32,000 nt of DNA from Gemmata obscuriglobus (GTDB taxonomy: Bacteria; Planctomycetota; Planctomycetia; Gemmatales; Gemmataceae): the NCBI RefSeq assembly GCF_008065095.1, contig NZ_CP042911.1, positions 690,001 through 722,000 on the forward strand. Direction: 5' to 3'. Below the pieces are notes generated by a model. That model ran no database searches, was not told where the DNA came from, and saw only the letters and a list, made by a program, of their open reading frames with translations. The position numbers and the translations under genes are program-made. This document shows positions 7,826-15,162 of the stretch, piece after piece (position 1 is the stretch's first letter; every line of letters starts with the position of its first letter).

Positions 7826-9239
7826 AACTCCCGTTCGCACGCTCGCTCACACCGACCAGAAACGGCCGCAAGGTCTCTTCCGGATACAGAACCCAGGGGT
7901 AGTCGCGGCGCCGGAGGATCGCGTTCGCTTCGACTTCGCGCCTGATACGCTGCACGTCGGCCTCGGCAGCGGGTACTTCATTCGCCGCAGCTTTCCGTAA
8001 CCCTTCTTTTACCCGTTGCAGCGCCCGGAACCACTCGCGCCGGGCGGCGTGATTACTGTAAGGCGGCTCCGATGCCGTGATCGCTTTGTGTTCGCGCACG
8101 AGATCGGTTGGCGCGTTCGGACGCGCGTGCGGGTTCCAGCGCAGATCACGTACCCGGCGTTCCGCGGTCTGCAAGTCGCGAGCGGCCGACGGAAACGCCG
8201 GGAGCGGCAAATGCAAGGTTGCGGACAGCACCTGATACGCGGGCGGCTCGATACCGAAGTAGTCGCGAATGATGTCGTCGGTGACCTCGTCGTACTTCCC
8301 GCCGCCGATCCCGTGAATGAAGAAATCGCCCAGGCACACGCGGGCGAAGAGCGTTAGCGTGAGCGCCCGCGGGCGCAGTTGGTTCGTGTCGCTCGCGGGT
8401 GTCGCGCGCTGCCGCCGGCCGGCGCTGGTGCGCACCCAGAACGGGCCTTCGCCCTCCGCCAACTCCGGCGCCGGGTGGTTCATGCTGCGAACGCCGTTCG
8501 CGGTCCGGTAAGCGCGAATCGCCGCGTTGTACACCTCGTGGAACCGCGGCAGTTCGCCGAGGATGTGACGGGCGAAGCGCGCGAACGCGTCCGTTCGCGA
8601 CAGCCGGCTGACCGGCAGTTCGCGGTTGCGACAGCCCCACGCCCGCTCACGCGCCACGCGCATTGCCGTGAACGACTCGCCCACGTTTGCGCCGCCGGCC
8701 CAGTGTTTTGCCAGTAGCGGTTCGTAGCCCCAATCGGCCCAGAGCGGGGCGGCCCGTTCCGCGAACGTGCGGAACTGTTCGCCGTCGCGAACCGTGCGGT
8801 CCTCGTAAGGAACTTCGCCCGCGAGCGTGTCGAAGCTCAGGGCCTGAACGTGAACGGAAGCCGGGGCGCGATCGCGGAAAACCGGGAAGCGGATCGCGGT
8901 GCCCTTGAGCGTATCGTTGTCAACGATCAGGTTGAGCGGAACCCCGTCGAGCCGCCGGGCGAGGCCGTTGAGCGCGAAGTTCTTGACCCACACGCCCGGG
9001 TGCGACAACTCGGGCTGGTGCCCCGCGAGCAGCAGCGGGCCGTGGCCCGTTCCGCCCGCTAACTCCATCACTTCACGCCGTGCCAACGCCCGCAACTCGC
9101 GAAGCGGCAACCCGCCAACGACCACATCCGCCCGATCGAGACGCTTGCGGTTGGCTTCGACGAGCCCCGGAACGGCGTCGAAGCCCGGTTCGGCCAGAAC
9201 CTCGCCGTCGGCCTTCGGGGCGCGGAACCGGTGCAGCAT
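7824..9239 (-). CDS. conserved hypothetical protein (471 aa), translationally coupled to the upstream GT2 gene
   Basis: Start taken at the ATG at 9239 (MLHRFRAPKADGEVL), which overlaps the GT2 stop as TGATG. The longer track ORF (to 9446) only adds Arg/Pro-rich sequence inside the GT2 gene. Conspicuous motifs are LLLAGHQPELSHPGVWVKNF and GDFFIHGIGGGKYDEVTD. No family assigned with confidence. Confidence 0.75.
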   Translation of the reverse strand: MLHRFRAPKADGEVLAEPGFDAVPGLVEANRKRLDRADVVVGGLPLRELRALARREVMELAGGTGHGPLLLAGHQPELSHPGVWVKNFALNGLARRLDGVPLNLIVDNDTLKGTAIRFPVFRDRAPASVHVQALSFDTLAGEVPYEDRTVRDGEQFRTFAERAAPLWADWGYEPLLAKHWAGGANVGESFTAMRVARERAWGCRNRELPVSRLSRTDAFARFARHILGELPRFHEVYNAAIRAYRTANGVRSMNHPAPELAEGEGPFWVRTSAGRRQRATPASDTNQLRPRALTLTLFARVCLGDFFIHGIGGGKYDEVTDDIIRDYFGIEPPAYQVLSATLHLPLPAFPSAARDLQTAERRVRDLRWNPHARPNAPTDLVREHKAITASEPPYSNHAARREWFRALQRVKEGLRKAAANEVPAAEADVQRIRREVEANAILRRRDYPWVLYPEETLRPFLVGVSERANGS

Positions 9240-9976
9240 CAGCACGTCCCCGGGCACGGACAGCACGCCGCCGCAGGGGCCGTGGGCAGTTCGTCGCGTT
9301 CCGCGGACGCGAGGACGTCGCGGTAGTACGCGAGCCGCTGTTCGGGGTCGTTCATCACCCCGCCGAACGCGCGGTTCGGGTCCAGGTACAGCCGCGGCAC
9401 CCCGATTTCCTTCACCCGCAGTTCCTGGCGGGCGGCCTGCACCCACAGTTGCAGCGGCATCCCCCAGCCGCGCTCGGTGATGTTCAGCTTCTCCAGCGCC
9501 TCACGCCGGTACGCTTTGAACCCGCAGAACGTGTCTGTCAGGTTGAACCCGTACTTCGCGTTGATCTCGCGGGTGATGGTGGCGTTGATGAACCGGCGGT
9601 CGGTGGGCGCCGGGGTGTCCTGGCGGAAGTCGCGGAAGTAGCGCGAGCCGGACACGATGTCGCAGTCGTGAATCGCTTCCAGGAGCACCGAAATGCGCTC
9701 GGGCTGGTGCTGGCCGTCGCAGTCCATCGTGACCAACACGTCGAATGCACTCGCGCGGGCGAACGCGAACGCCGAGATCAGCGCCGCCCCGTACCCCCGG
9801 TTCTGCGGGTGATCGATCCGCAAGAGGCCGGGCTCGCGGTCGAGCAGTTCGGCGGTGCCGTCGGTGGAGCCGTCGTTCACGACCAGGATGTCGGGCGTGT
9901 ACTGCCGCACCTCCGCGAGGACGTGGCGGACATGCTTGGCCTCGTTGTAAACGGGAATCGCGGTGAGAACGCGCAT
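9239..9976 (-). CDS. family 2 glycosyltransferase (polyprenyl-phosphate sugar synthase-like)
   Basis: Contains MRVLTAIPVYNE, VVNDGSTDGT, the DxD-type motif DCDGQH and GFKAYRREAL. ATG at 9976 is preferred. The alternative GTG at 9994 adds 6 residues. Confidence 0.85.
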   Translation of the reverse strand: MRVLTAIPVYNEAKHVRHVLAEVRQYTPDILVVNDGSTDGTAELLDREPGLLRIDHPQNRGYGAALISAFAFARASAFDVLVTMDCDGQHQPERISVLLEAIHDCDIVSGSRYFRDFRQDTPAPTDRRFINATITREINAKYGFNLTDTFCGFKAYRREALEKLNITERGWGMPLQLWVQAARQELRVKEIGVPRLYLDPNRAFGGVMNDPEQRLAYYRDVLASAERDELPTAPAAACCPCPGTC

Positions 9977-10155
9977 GAGGTGCTTTCGCTTCACGGTGAA
10001 AGGACAGCCAGCCCCATTCTACTTGCACACGGTGTACCAGATCAAACCGTCGGTCGGCACGGACCTTTCATCGGGTTGCGGCTCCGGCGCGAACGCGGTT
10101 TCTTCTTCGTGCGGCCGGGGTTGAAACCCGGCGGCGAGTCGCGAAACCTGACACC

Positions 10156-11037
10156 ATGCTCACCGTCACACGCAAGCTGCTGGAACTGATCCGGTTCAGC
10201 CACACCGTCTTCGCGCTGCCGTTCGCCGCCCTGTCGGCGGCACTCGCGTGGCGGGACGAGCCGTTCCGCTGGGAAGACCTCGTCGGCGTCCTGCTGTGCA
10301 TGGTGTTCGCGCGCAGCGCCGCGATGGCGTTCAACCGCGTCGCCGACCGGCACATCGACGCCCGGAACCCCCGCACCGCCGGGCGCCACCTGCCCGCCGG
10401 CACGCTGACGGTCGGGACCGTGTGGCTGTTCACGCTCCTTTGCGGCGCGGGCTTTGTGGCCTCCACCCTCATTTTCTACCTCCGCGAACCCGCGAACCCG
10501 TGGCCGCTGTACCTGGCGCTCCCGACGCTGCTCTTCGTAATGGGCTACTCGCTCGCCAAGCGGTTCACCAGCCTCGCCCACTTCTGGCTCGGGGTCGCGC
10601 TCATGCTCGCCCCGGTGGCGGCGTGGGTCGCGATTCGGGGCTTTACCGAGATGACCGTGCCGCTCCTGCTCGGCGGCGCGGTCGGGTTCTGGGTCGCGGG
10701 CTTCGACATCCTTTACGCCTGCCAGGACGCCGCGTTCGATAAGGACGCCGGACTGCACAGCGTTCCCGCCCGGTTCGGCATCCCTCGGAGCCTCCGCATC
10801 GCCGCCGGGTGCCACGCGGTCATGTTCGCGCTGTTGGTGGGGCTGTACTTCGCATCTCCGCACCTCGGGATCATCTTCCTGACGGGCCTGGGAGCCGTCG
10901 GGGTACTTCTGGCTTACGAACACTGGCTGGTCCGCCCGGACGACCTGACTCGCGTGAACCGCGCGTTCTTCCACGTCAACGGCGTCATCAGCCTGGGCCT
11001 CCTCGCGGTGGTACTGGTGCAACTCGCGGTGCGGTAA
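10156..11037 (+). CDS. UbiA family aromatic polyprenyltransferase (4-hydroxybenzoate polyprenyltransferase-like; possibly a quinone biosynthesis enzyme)
   Basis: 293 aa, polytopic. First Asp-rich motif is FNRVADRHIDARNPRT and the second is YACQDAAFDKDAG. The N-terminus LELIRFSHTVFALPFA is typical of the UbiA-like subgroup. Confidence 0.9.
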   Translation: MLTVTRKLLELIRFSHTVFALPFAALSAALAWRDEPFRWEDLVGVLLCMVFARSAAMAFNRVADRHIDARNPRTAGRHLPAGTLTVGTVWLFTLLCGAGFVASTLIFYLREPANPWPLYLALPTLLFVMGYSLAKRFTSLAHFWLGVALMLAPVAAWVAIRGFTEMTVPLLLGGAVGFWVAGFDILYACQDAAFDKDAGLHSVPARFGIPRSLRIAAGCHAVMFALLVGLYFASPHLGIIFLTGLGAVGVLLAYEHWLVRPDDLTRVNRAFFHVNGVISLGLLAVVLVQLAVR

Positions 11038-11057
11038 ACCGGCCCCGGCCGCCGGCC

Positions 11058-11105
11058 GGCTCTCGGGGGCGCGGCCGGGTAGCCCCCGAGAGCCGTGCAT
11101 TTTTC
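11058..11105 (+). terminator. intrinsic terminator after the UbiA-family gene
   Basis: Perfect 12-bp stem GGCTCTCGGGGG/CCCCCGAGAGCC with a 13-nt loop, followed by GTGCATTTTT. Confidence 0.7.
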
Positions 11106-11645
11106 GCGTCCGGTAGTTCTGGCAGCTCGTGCGGCTCTCAACCGGCCCTTTGCCCTTCGATTCCGGTCCGCGGGCGGGGCGCCGCGATCCGGATGGAATT
11201 CGGCACAAGTTCCACCCTTTTGCGATGTTGCGGCGAGCAGTCCGGGCTGTCTCGGACCCGGCCTCTGTTCGCCCGTGCGTGTTGTCCGGGTTTTGCGGGC
11301 GGGATTCGGTGGTAGCGATCACCCAGCGAACCGGTAGCGAGTTGCCAGTCCGACGCCAGCAAATGTCCCGTCGTTGATCAGCCGAGCGCCACTTGTGTCG
11401 CACTGTAACCCCCGTTACAGACCCGCGCGAGCGGAAAACGCCAAAACCGGTCGCGAGGCCCTTCGGTCGTCCGGCCTTGCGTCGCGCGAAGGGCCGCTTC
11501 GCCCTATCCGACTGATGGCACCGGGGCGGAAAACGTGCCCCGTCGCGGCTTCAGATCGGGAGGGTCGGGGGCCACTGCCGCGGTAGCGGTCCGCCGGATC
11601 ACGCCGTATGCTAATCGGGGAAGCAACGCTCGCCGAGGTACGCGC

Positions 11646-13640
11646 ATGGGTGCCGTCGAACTGCCGCACGAAGCCCCGCGGAAGATTGAGAACACGCCCG
11701 GGCGGCTCGGGTCGTGGTCCGTCAACAGCGCCGTTTCGCGGGTCGGGACCCCGTGGACCCGCCGGCTCGCGAAGGCCGCGCTGATGATCCCCAAGATCCG
11801 GTACTACGAGAAGCTGCACGCGGACGTGTCGGACGAGAAGCTGATCGAACTCAGCATGGAGCTGCGCGGCAAGGCCCGCGGCAAGTGGGACCTCGACGCG
11901 CTGCTCCCGGAGGCGTTCGGGCTGGTCTCCGTCTCGATCCAGCGCACCCTCAACATCCGGCCGTTCGACGTGCAGCTCGCGGCCGGCACGGTGATGCACT
12001 TCGGCGGGCTGGTCGAGCTCTCCACCGGGGAAGGCAAGACGGTCAGCGCGTCGGCCCCGGCGTACCTGAACGCGCTCTCCGGCAAGGGCGTCCACGTCAC
12101 CACCGTCAACGACTACCTCGCCAAGCGCGACGCCGAGTGGATCGGGCCGGTGTACCAGAAGCTCGGCATGTCCGTCGGGGTGCTCCAGCAGAAGATGGAC
12201 GAGAGCGCCCGGGTGACGGCGTACAAGGCCGACATCACCTACGGCACCGCGGCCGAGTTCGGGTTCGACTTCCTGCGCGACCGGCTGAAGCTCCGCGGCG
12301 GGCAGGCCAACGCGGCCCCCTTCTGGGCCGCGTGGACCGGCGGCGCGGGGCGCCTGGACCCGCGGGTGCAGCGGCCCCTGCACTACGCCATCGTGGACGA
12401 GGCGGACAGCATCTTCGTGGACGAGGCCAAGACCCCGCTCATCATCGCGAACCCCACCCGGGCCGCCGAGCCCGACGAGCAGGTGGTGTTCAAGTGGGCC
12501 GACCAGCTCGCGCGCGAGATGCGGCGCGACCAGCACTTCGTGATGAACGCCAAGAAGGACAAGATCGAGCTGACCGACGCGGGCAAGCACCTCGTGCGGT
12601 ACTCGAACCCGCCCACCGGCAAGCACGCGAAGGCGATGGATAAGCTGCTCGAGGCGGTCGAGCGGGGGCTCCAGGCGCACTACCGGTTCATGCGCGACCA
12701 GCACTACATGGTGAACGGCGAGAAGAAGATCGTCATCATCGACGAGGGCACCGGGCGCCCGATGCCCGACCGGCACTGGCGCGACGGGCTGCACCAGGCG
12801 GTCGAGGCGAAGGAGCAGGTGCAGATCAACATGCCCAGCTCGCACGCCGCGCAGATCACGTTCCAGAACTTCTACCGCCTGTACACGAAGCTCGCGGGCA
12901 TGTCCGGGACGCTGCTGCCGAACTTCTGGGAGATGCGGAAGGTGTACCGGCGGTGGACCACCAAGGTGCCCACCAACAAGCCGAACCGCCGCGACAACCT
13001 GCCGGACCTCGTGTTCCCGACCGAGGAGGCCAAGTTCGACGCGGTGGTGCGCAAGACGCAGGAGATGCTGGCCGTGGGCCGCCCGGTGCTGATCGGCACC
13101 CGCACCGTGGAGGCGTCGAAGAAGATCAGCGCGAAGCTGACCGCGGTGGGCGTCGCGCACCAGGTGCTCAACGCCGAGCAGAACGAGAACGAGGCGGAGG
13201 TGGTGGCCGCGGCCGGGCAGCCGGGCCGGGTGACGGTGGCCACCAACATGGCCGGGCGCGGCACCGACATCAAGCTCGGGCCGGGGGTGGCCGAGAAGGG
13301 CGGGCTGCACGTGATCGGCACCGAGCGGCACGAGGCCGAGCGCATCGACCGGCAGCTCGTCGGCCGCGCCGGCCGCCAGGGCGACCCGGGCAGCGCGCAG
13401 TTCATGCTCTCGCTCGAAGACCAGTTGCTCGAAGGTCTGGGCGTCGCGAAGCAGCGCGAGCTGGAGCAGCTCGGGAAGGCCGGCGGGAGCCGCGACTGGA
13501 ACGCCTACGCCCCGCTGTTCCGGCAGGCGCAAAAGCGGGTCGAGGCGCGGCACTACCGCCAGCGGCTCGACCTGATGAACTACGACAAGCAGCGCCAGGA
13601 GATGCTCCAGGACCTCGGCGCGGACCCCTATGTGGACTGA
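11646..13640 (+). CDS. secA: SecA-family preprotein translocase ATPase, short paralog lacking the C-terminal third
   Basis: ATG at 11646 lies 6 nt after GAGGT. SecA motifs appear in canonical order: PFDVQL, STGEGKT (Walker A), TVNDYLAKRD, VDEADSIFVDEAKTPLII, HWRDGLHQAVEAKE, ITFQNFYRLY, TNMAGRGTDI, GRAGRQGDPG and finally RQRLDLMNYDKQRQ. The protein stops about 20 aa after that last motif, giving 664 aa. Confidence 0.9.
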   Translation: MGAVELPHEAPRKIENTPGRLGSWSVNSAVSRVGTPWTRRLAKAALMIPKIRYYEKLHADVSDEKLIELSMELRGKARGKWDLDALLPEAFGLVSVSIQRTLNIRPFDVQLAAGTVMHFGGLVELSTGEGKTVSASAPAYLNALSGKGVHVTTVNDYLAKRDAEWIGPVYQKLGMSVGVLQQKMDESARVTAYKADITYGTAAEFGFDFLRDRLKLRGGQANAAPFWAAWTGGAGRLDPRVQRPLHYAIVDEADSIFVDEAKTPLIIANPTRAAEPDEQVVFKWADQLAREMRRDQHFVMNAKKDKIELTDAGKHLVRYSNPPTGKHAKAMDKLLEAVERGLQAHYRFMRDQHYMVNGEKKIVIIDEGTGRPMPDRHWRDGLHQAVEAKEQVQINMPSSHAAQITFQNFYRLYTKLAGMSGTLLPNFWEMRKVYRRWTTKVPTNKPNRRDNLPDLVFPTEEAKFDAVVRKTQEMLAVGRPVLIGTRTVEASKKISAKLTAVGVAHQVLNAEQNENEAEVVAAAGQPGRVTVATNMAGRGTDIKLGPGVAEKGGLHVIGTERHEAERIDRQLVGRAGRQGDPGSAQFMLSLEDQLLEGLGVAKQRELEQLGKAGGSRDWNAYAPLFRQAQKRVEARHYRQRLDLMNYDKQRQEMLQDLGADPYVD

Positions 13641-13650
13641 CGCGGCGGCG

Positions 13651-13757
13651 CTGGAGCGCGGGCCTCCGGCCCGCTGGCCCGGCGAGTGAGGTGGCTTCGG
13701 GGAATCCGCGGAGCGGCACCTCGCAGCAAACCGGCGGGCCGGAGGCCCGCGCTCCAG
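13651..13757. repeat. long hairpin: perfect 24-bp inverted repeat with a structured 59-nt loop
   Basis: CTGGAGCGCGGGCCTCCGGCCCGC (13651-13674) is the exact reverse complement of 13734-13757. The loop contains a further GAGGTG/CACCTC pairing. The element starts 11 nt after the secA-like stop. Confidence 0.8.
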
Positions 13758-13810
13758 AAATGCAAGCGTGTCGGCTCTCGTTCACGATCCGCCTGACTAT
13801 GCCTGTTTCT

Positions 13811-13876
13811 TGTGGCACAGACATTCCTGTCTGCGCGGCCTTCTCGCGCCGCAAAGACAGGAATGTCTGTGCCACA
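13811..13876. repeat. long hairpin: perfect 22-bp inverted repeat with a nested GCGCG/CGCGC stem
   Basis: TGTGGCACAGACATTCCTGTCT (13811-13832) is the exact reverse complement of 13855-13876. Unusually AT-rich arms for this DNA. Confidence 0.8.
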
Positions 13877-13944
13877 AAGACATCAGCAAAAATGCACGCC
13901 AGCAACCGGACCACGAATCGGTAGCTTCGCGCCCTCACTGTCCG

Positions 13945-14937
13945 TCACGCCCGCCGCTTGTCCGCCACCTCCGGGTTGACCCAGTTCGGCAGCGCCGCGC
14001 CCCCCACCCCCGCCAGGAGGTTGTTGGCACACAGCCGTGCCATCGCGTTACGCGTGTCGATAGTGGCGCTCGCGATGTGTGGCACGATCAGGCAGTTCGG
14101 GAGCCGGAACAGCTCGTGATCGGTCGGTAGCGGCTCCGGGTCGGTCACGTCGAGCCCCGCGGCGAAAATGGTGCCGTCGCGGAGCGCCGCGGCCAGCGCG
14201 GCCTGATCGACCAGCGGCCCGCGCGACGTGTTGACGAACACCGCCGTCCGCTTCATCTTTGCGAACTGCGCCGCCCCGAACAGCCCCTTCGTCGTCGGGT
14301 TCAGGTCCGCGTGGACCGACACGAAATCGCTCCGCGCCAGCAGCTCGTCCAGTTCCACGCGGGTGGCGCCCAGTTCCTTGTCGGCGTCCTCCTTCGGGCC
14401 GCGGGCGGTGTAGAGCACCTTCATGCCCCAGCCGCCGTGGAGCCGCTTCGCCGCCGCGAACCCGATGCGGCCCATGCCGACGATCCCGAGCGTGCGGCCC
14501 GCGAGGTCCGAGCCGAGCCACCCGAGCGGCTCCCACGTCAGCCAGCGCCCCTCCTTCGCGTCGGTCGCGCTCTCGCCCACCCGCCGCGCCGCCGCGAGCA
14601 GCAGCGTGACCGCGATGTCGGCCGTCGCGTCGGTCAGCGCGCCGGGCGTGTTCCCGACGCACACCCCGCGGGCGGTGCAGGCGGCCACATCGACGTTGTT
14701 GAACCCCACCGCGAAGTTGCTCACCACCTTCAGCTTCGGCGCCGCGTCGAGGAGTTCGGCGTCCACGCGGTCGGTGAGCAGCGAAACCAGCCCGTCGCAG
14801 TCCGCCACGTGGCGGCGCAGCACCGCGGGCGGCGGGGGGAGCTGTTCGGGCCACACGTCCACGTCGCAGACGGCCCGGATCGCGTTCAGCCCTTCGTCGG
14901 GAATACGGCGGGCGACGAACACCTTTGGACGGCTCAT
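13945..14937 (-). CDS. D-isomer-specific 2-hydroxyacid dehydrogenase (glyoxylate/hydroxypyruvate reductase-like)
   Basis: Start at the ATG at 14937 (MSRPKVFVARRIPDEGL). NAD-binding motif GIVGMGRIGFAAAKRL is present, with catalytic-region motifs VNTSRGPLVD and PHIASAT. Confidence 0.9.
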   Translation of the reverse strand: MSRPKVFVARRIPDEGLNAIRAVCDVDVWPEQLPPPPAVLRRHVADCDGLVSLLTDRVDAELLDAAPKLKVVSNFAVGFNNVDVAACTARGVCVGNTPGALTDATADIAVTLLLAAARRVGESATDAKEGRWLTWEPLGWLGSDLAGRTLGIVGMGRIGFAAAKRLHGGWGMKVLYTARGPKEDADKELGATRVELDELLARSDFVSVHADLNPTTKGLFGAAQFAKMKRTAVFVNTSRGPLVDQAALAAALRDGTIFAAGLDVTDPEPLPTDHELFRLPNCLIVPHIASATIDTRNAMARLCANNLLAGVGGAALPNWVNPEVADKRRA

Positions 14938-15162
14938 GTTGCGCACTCGAATCGGGGGGCGAGCGGGTTCCTGTGAGGTGTAGTGATTGGGCGCCCGGTT
15001 GCCCCGCCTTGCCGCCGCGAGCCGAGCCACTGGGAAAGTGGCGCAGACACGGGAAGCGGGCGCGGGTATTTCCCTGTCCGGGATTTAACCTGGCGCACGT
15101 GACCCCCGGGCTCGGATGCCCGCGGTCCCCCTGGTTGCCGCGCCGCGCAGAGGTGTATCACC

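Noticed and set aside
7824-9446. N-terminal extensions in track ORFs: 7824..9446, 23959..26460, 26238..27554, 13945..15030, 262..1512, 18262..19755, 19789..20739 and 29239..30891.
   Set aside because: The extended parts overlap the upstream gene or are Arg/Pro-rich. Internal starts have SD-like sequences, give canonical N-termini or signal peptides, and in three cases produce classic overlapping stop-start junctions.
11237-11248. GCAGTCCGGGCT resembling the RNase P RNA CR-I motif (GAAAGUCCGGGCU).
   Set aside because: It is only a partial match. None of the other universally conserved RNase P segments (for example ACAGAAnCCGGCUUA) are present nearby on either strand.
13813-13828. Sigma-54-like TGGCAC-N5-TTCC inside the 22-bp palindrome arm.
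   Set aside because: The -12 element is TTCC rather than TTGC. Because the sequence is part of a perfect palindrome, the two copies face each other into the loop with no gene to drive.
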